Source: an uncultured Gemmatimonadales bacterium
GTDB lineage: Bacteria; Gemmatimonadota; Gemmatimonadetes; Gemmatimonadales; Gemmatimonadaceae
Direction of reading: 5' to 3'
Length of the DNA: 64,000 nt
NCBI GenBank assembly: GCA_963851265.1
Contig: CAWKNZ010000008.1
Location: forward strand, 160,001 to 224,000
In this document: positions 60,701 to 64,000 of the stretch, piece after piece
How the letters are laid out: every line of letters starts with the position of its first letter
Position numbering within the stretch: the stretch's first letter is position 1
Program-made: the position numbers and the translations under genes
Notes under the pieces: generated by a model
Told to the model about the DNA's origin: nothing
The model's database searches: none
Seen by the model: only the letters and a program-made list of their open reading frames with translations

Positions 60701-61146
60701 GCTCGATCATGGCCGTCGGGATCGCGGTCTCGAACTCGATCCTGCTCGTCAGCTTCGCCAACGACCAGCGCGTCGAGCTGGGGATGGACGCCGTCTCGGC
60801 CGCGATCGAAGCCGGACGGACGCGCCTCCGCCCGGTGCTGATGACCGCGCTGGCGATGGTCCTCGGCATGCTGCCGATGGCGATCGGCACGGGCGAGGGC
60901 GGCGAGCAGAACGCCCCGTTAGGCCGCGCGGTGATCGGCGGACTCGTCGTCGCGACGATGGTCACGCTGCTCGTCGTCCCGGCGGCGTACGCCGCGCTGC
61001 GCAAGGCGATCCCCGGCAAGCACCTCCTCGAGGCGCGGTTCCGCGCCGAGGCCGACGGGCGCGAGGGCGACGGCGCCGACGCCGCCCACGGCGCGTCCGG
61101 GCCGCCGCGCGAGCCGCACGGCGGGCTCGTGCCGGCCGCCGCCTGA
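57787..61146 (+). CDS. RND efflux permease (AcrB/CzcA superfamily)
   Basis: DLFPNIDIPVV, GLLVDTATITVENI, RLRPVLMTA, NAPLGRAVIGG. Confidence 0.93.
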   Translation: MWLVRLALRQPYTVAVFAAVLVLMGVLAMKSMLVDLFPNIDIPVVAVVWNYNGLSAEDMERRVVLLSERGLSSTVNGIQRIESQSIPGIGLEKIYFQPGIDVGNAIAQIAASSSTSLRAMPPGMTPPYIIQSNASSVPVAQMTLSSKSIDEAKISDYGQNFLRLRLFTIPGLSTPAPYGGKTREITVDVDPAKLANAGLSPSDVVQAIQSSNVIIPAGTARLGDREYNVALNSSPSAVADFAHIPIKVVRGAPITVGDVATVNDGYADQTNIVRVNGRRAAYLSILKKADASTLTVVESTKELLPTLRKIAPNGMELNLDFDQSTFVKAAVAGVVREAFISALLVSLMILFFLGSWRSVVVAIASIPLALACSIMALKATGNSFNIMTLGGISLSIGLLVDTATITVENIHRNRGMGKPLTVSILDGAQQIAQPVIMATLAICIVFFPVVLLVGPARFLFVPMALAVVTAMLAAWLLSRTLVKTLARMLLAGERAHGQGHDAEVDLPHASGFSRLSHAFNVARDRWFGRFQDRYTAALRTLVAHRAVTLLAFTGLAVVSFCLLPLVGQDFFPSTDAGMMKLHFRAPPGTRIEKTDSLVADVERHIRALVPAGQLETINSMIGLPSPLSLAFVPTDNTSAMDAEILVALKPGHAPTAEYVARIRDDLARSFPGSTAYFQTADIVSQVLNFGLSAPIDVQVQDNDLQQGYAIASRLATAMRTVPGAADVHVKQSLDYPTLRVEVDRERAGVLGLSQRDVANSMLTSLSSSAVVAPSYFINPANNVNYLVAVKTPLANFQRTSDLLSTPVTPQGGGLGQGATAGGTLDRAPQPLDLPSAPTQTLGNVATVSTRAVPNEIDHSTVQRVVDVDANVEGRDLGSVVAGIQDRIAGLGALPAGVSIVVRGQGEVMHQAFSSLALGLVVSIILVYLLMVIMFQSWLDPIIIMIAVPGALVGILWALAITGTTINVVSLMGSIMAVGIAVSNSILLVSFANDQRVELGMDAVSAAIEAGRTRLRPVLMTALAMVLGMLPMAIGTGEGGEQNAPLGRAVIGGLVVATMVTLLVVPAAYAALRKAIPGKHLLEARFRAEADGREGDGADAAHGASGPPREPHGGLVPAAA

Positions 61147-61177
61147 CCGCGCCCCCGCCGTCCAACACCCGCCCGCC

Positions 61178-62386
61178 ATGATCGAGCCCGTCTCCATCCA
61201 GCCCCGGCGCGCGCCCACCCCGCGCGGCCTCGTCTTCGGCAGCGTCGCGCTCGTCGGGGTCGCCGCCGGGACCGTCGTCCTCATCGCCGCGCGCCGGAAC
61301 GCGAGCGTGCACCGCGAGGCCACCGCGCGCACCGCGGACGTCGCCCGCGGCGTCGTGGTGCGCGCGGCCGCGGTGACCACCTCGCCCGCCGTGCGCCACC
61401 TCGCGCTCATCGGCGAGGCGCGGCCGTACGCGGAAGTCACGCTTTACGCCAAGGTGAGCGGGTACCTGCAGAGCATCCGCGTGGACCGCGGCGACCGGGT
61501 GCGCGCGGGCCAGGTGCTCGCCACGGTGCAGAGCCCCGAGACCGACCGGGCGCTGGCCGGGGCGCGGGCGGAGTTCGAGCAGAAGAACGTGACCTCGCAG
61601 CGCATGGGCCAGCTGCTCGCGCAGCAGTTCGTGTCCAACCAGGAAGCCGACCAGGCGCGGGCCGACGCCGAGGTCGCGCGCCAGCGGATGAACGCGCTGG
61701 CCGAGGAGCGCGGGTACGAGACGCTGCGGGCCCCGTTCGACGGCACGGTGACGGCGCGCTTCGCGGACCCGGGCGCGCTCATGCAGAACGCGGCGTCCTC
61801 GCAGACGGCCGCGCTCCCCGTGGTCACCGTGAGTCAGCTCGACCGCTTACGGATCTTCGTCTACCTCGACCAGGCCGACGCGGCCGCGCTGCGCACCGGC
61901 GCGCTCGCGACGATCACCGAGAACGACCGCCCCGGCGTGCAGGTTGCGGCGCGCGTCACGCGCGTGAGCGGCACGCTCGACCCGCGGACGCGCAAGATGC
62001 TCGCCGAACTCGACCTCGACGACCGCAACGGGCAGATCGTGCCGGGCGCGTTCGTGCAGGTCACGCTCGACCTGCCCACCGTTCCGCACCCCGAAGCGCC
62101 GGTGGACGCGCTGATCACGCGCGGCACGGCGAGCTACGTCGCGCTCGTCGACAGCACGGCCGGCGCGAGTGGCGCGGGCGGCCCGGCCGCGGACGGCACG
62201 GCCAGCGCGCGGCTGCACCTGGTGCCGGTGACCGTGGCCGGCAACGACGGGAAGCTGGTCACGTTCTCGAGCGGCGTGGCGGCGGGGCAGCGGGTCGCGC
62301 TCAACGCCGCGTCGCTCGCCGACGGCGCGCGCGTGCAGCTCGCGCGCGACAGCACCGCGGTCGCGGCGCGCGGGACGACGCCGTGA
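61178..62386 (+). CDS. RND periplasmic adaptor (MFP)
   Basis: LYAKVSGYL, VDRGDRV..GQVLA, LRAPFDGTV. Confidence 0.9.
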   Translation: MIEPVSIQPRRAPTPRGLVFGSVALVGVAAGTVVLIAARRNASVHREATARTADVARGVVVRAAAVTTSPAVRHLALIGEARPYAEVTLYAKVSGYLQSIRVDRGDRVRAGQVLATVQSPETDRALAGARAEFEQKNVTSQRMGQLLAQQFVSNQEADQARADAEVARQRMNALAEERGYETLRAPFDGTVTARFADPGALMQNAASSQTAALPVVTVSQLDRLRIFVYLDQADAAALRTGALATITENDRPGVQVAARVTRVSGTLDPRTRKMLAELDLDDRNGQIVPGAFVQVTLDLPTVPHPEAPVDALITRGTASYVALVDSTAGASGAGGPAADGTASARLHLVPVTVAGNDGKLVTFSSGVAAGQRVALNAASLADGARVQLARDSTAVAARGTTP

Positions 62387-63942
62387 GGGCGCGCCGCATG
62401 TTGGGCGCGGCGCGCGGCGCGGCACTGCTCGCGCTCGGCGTGCAGGCGTCGCGTGCGGTCGCGCAGGCCGCGCCGCGGCCCGCCGCGCAGGGTGCCGTCT
62501 CGCCGGCCGCGGCGCGGGTCGTCGGCGCGCCCGGCGACACGCTGCGCGTCACGCTGGAGCAGAGCGTCTCGACGGCGCTCACGCGCGCGACGCCCGTCCT
62601 GACGGCGCAGGAGGACGAGCGCGCCGCGGCGGCGACCGTGCTGCGCGCCTACGGGCAGTTCCTGCCCACGCTCTCGGGGATCGGCAGCACGTATTCCGAG
62701 ACGGGCAACCCGCTGCTCTCGTCGACCGCGCTCCTGCCCACCAACACCACGCTGTACGGGCTCAACGTCGGCCTGTCCACGACCTACACGCTGTTCAACG
62801 GCACGCGCGACCGCGCCGCGCTGCGCGCCGCCGTCGCCCAGCGCGAGGCCGCCGGCCTCACGCTGGGCCGCGCGCGCCAGGAGATCGCCTACGACGTCAC
62901 GAACGCGTACTACCAGGTGGTACTCGACGACCGGCTCGCGACCGTGGCGCGGACGACGCTCGACCTCTCGCGCAGCCGCGAGGCGCAGCTGACGGCGCAG
63001 GTGCGCGCCGGCATGCGGGCCCCGCCCGACCTCTACCGCCAGCAGGCGCAGACGCGCGCCGACGAGGCGGCGGTGATCGCCGCCGACAACCGCGGCGACG
63101 CGGACCGCATCGCGCTGCTGCGGCGGTTGCGGTTCGACCCCGCGCGGCCGGTGGCCGTCTCGCTCCCGCCGGTCGCCGCGGACGGCACGCCCGCGCCGTT
63201 CGCGGCGAACGCGGCGCCCGGCGCCCGGCCCGACGCGGTGCCTGACGGGTCCCCGGCCGGCGCGACGACGCCCCCCGTGGCGACCGCGGCCGACGTCGCC
63301 GCGCTCGAACGCGAGGCGCTCGCCGCGCGCCCCGACCTCAGTGCCGCCGCGGCGCGGCACCGCGCGGCGGACCAGCAGCTCCGCTTCGCGCACGGCGAAC
63401 GCCTGCCGTCGATCGGCATCGAGTTCGACCTCGTCGACCAGGCACGCCTGTTCGGACGCGCGGTGCAGAACGGCCAGAACCTGCTCGCGCCGGGACAGCG
63501 GAGCCCGTTCTCGCAGCTCGGCTCGCAGGTGGCCGGGCTGCTCTCGCTCGGCGTGAACCTGCCGATCTTCGACCGCCACCAGGCGCGCGCCGACGAGGAG
63601 CGCGCCCGGGCCCTCGAGGAGCGGAGCGAGGTGGCCGAGGCGGACGTGCGGGACCGCATCGTGGGCGAGGTCGCGCAGGCGGCGGCCGACATCCGCGCGG
63701 CCGACCTCACGGCGCAGGCCGCGGCCGCGCAGGTGGCCGCGGCGGACAAGGCGTTCGCCGCCGTGAGCGGTCGCTACGAGGTCGGGATGGCGAACTTCAT
63801 CGACGTCGCGAGCGCGCAGACGGCGCTCGCGCAGGCCCGCGTCCAGCGCGAGCAGGCGACGGTCAACCAGTCGCTCGCCCGCGCCCGCCTCGGCCTCGCC
63901 ACCGGGCGCGGGGTGGCGGGCGCCGGGCGGGCGGCGCCGTGA
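62383..63942 (+). CDS. TolC-family outer-membrane efflux protein
   Basis: Signal peptide; helical repeats, RPDL.AA, LPIFD, RYEVG. Confidence 0.88.
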   Translation: MRARRMLGAARGAALLALGVQASRAVAQAAPRPAAQGAVSPAAARVVGAPGDTLRVTLEQSVSTALTRATPVLTAQEDERAAAATVLRAYGQFLPTLSGIGSTYSETGNPLLSSTALLPTNTTLYGLNVGLSTTYTLFNGTRDRAALRAAVAQREAAGLTLGRARQEIAYDVTNAYYQVVLDDRLATVARTTLDLSRSREAQLTAQVRAGMRAPPDLYRQQAQTRADEAAVIAADNRGDADRIALLRRLRFDPARPVAVSLPPVAADGTPAPFAANAAPGARPDAVPDGSPAGATTPPVATAADVAALEREALAARPDLSAAAARHRAADQQLRFAHGERLPSIGIEFDLVDQARLFGRAVQNGQNLLAPGQRSPFSQLGSQVAGLLSLGVNLPIFDRHQARADEERARALEERSEVAEADVRDRIVGEVAQAAADIRAADLTAQAAAAQVAAADKAFAAVSGRYEVGMANFIDVASAQTALAQARVQREQATVNQSLARARLGLATGRGVAGAGRAAP

Positions 63943-63974
63943 CGGCGCGCGTGACGGCGCGCGTGACGGCGCGC
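63939..63974 (+). repeat. 3 x 12 bp tandem repeat (GTGACGGCGCGC) at the TolC stop
   Basis: Read directly; each unit begins with GTGA and may start the next, truncated gene. Confidence 0.75.
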
Positions 63975-64000
63975 GCGCCCGCGATGCGCTGCTTCACCGT

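Noticed and set aside
2981..60924. Octamer as a Chi/KOPS site or a REP/MITE element
   Set aside because: No strand bias (14 versus 15), no conserved flanks beyond 8 bp, and mostly intragenic.

Overview
Very GC-rich bacterial DNA (about 75% by eye). The SusC/SusD pair in such a genome suggests Gemmatimonadota; this is an inference. Left to right: (1) a partial LytS-type sensor kinase with an extra degenerate kinase module, running off the left edge; (2) a compact three-gene azole RiPP cluster made of a 111-aa precursor with 17 Cys in a (x-V-C)n core, a fused E1-like/YcaO cyclodehydratase and a SagB-type dehydrogenase; (3) a ~31-kb glucuronoxylan utilisation locus (xylAB, frameshifted GH67, GH115, FadR-type regulator, CE15, GH10, GPH transporter, two GH3, SGNH, SusC/SusD, GH35-like, uxuA, uxuB-like SDR, CE7) with a shared candidate operator; (4) a frameshifted S9 peptidase and a membrane patatin-like protein; (5) two RND efflux operons with TetR and LysR regulators, an acyltransferase, an FKBP, an LMF1-family gene and a RES-Xre toxin-antitoxin pair. 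Across the whole window the non-palindromic octamer GCCTAACG/CGTTAGGC occurs 29 times by manual count, in both orientations, often via rare codons, which points to an unexplained DNA-level signal. No rRNA, tRNA, CRISPR array or transposase/integrase was recognised.
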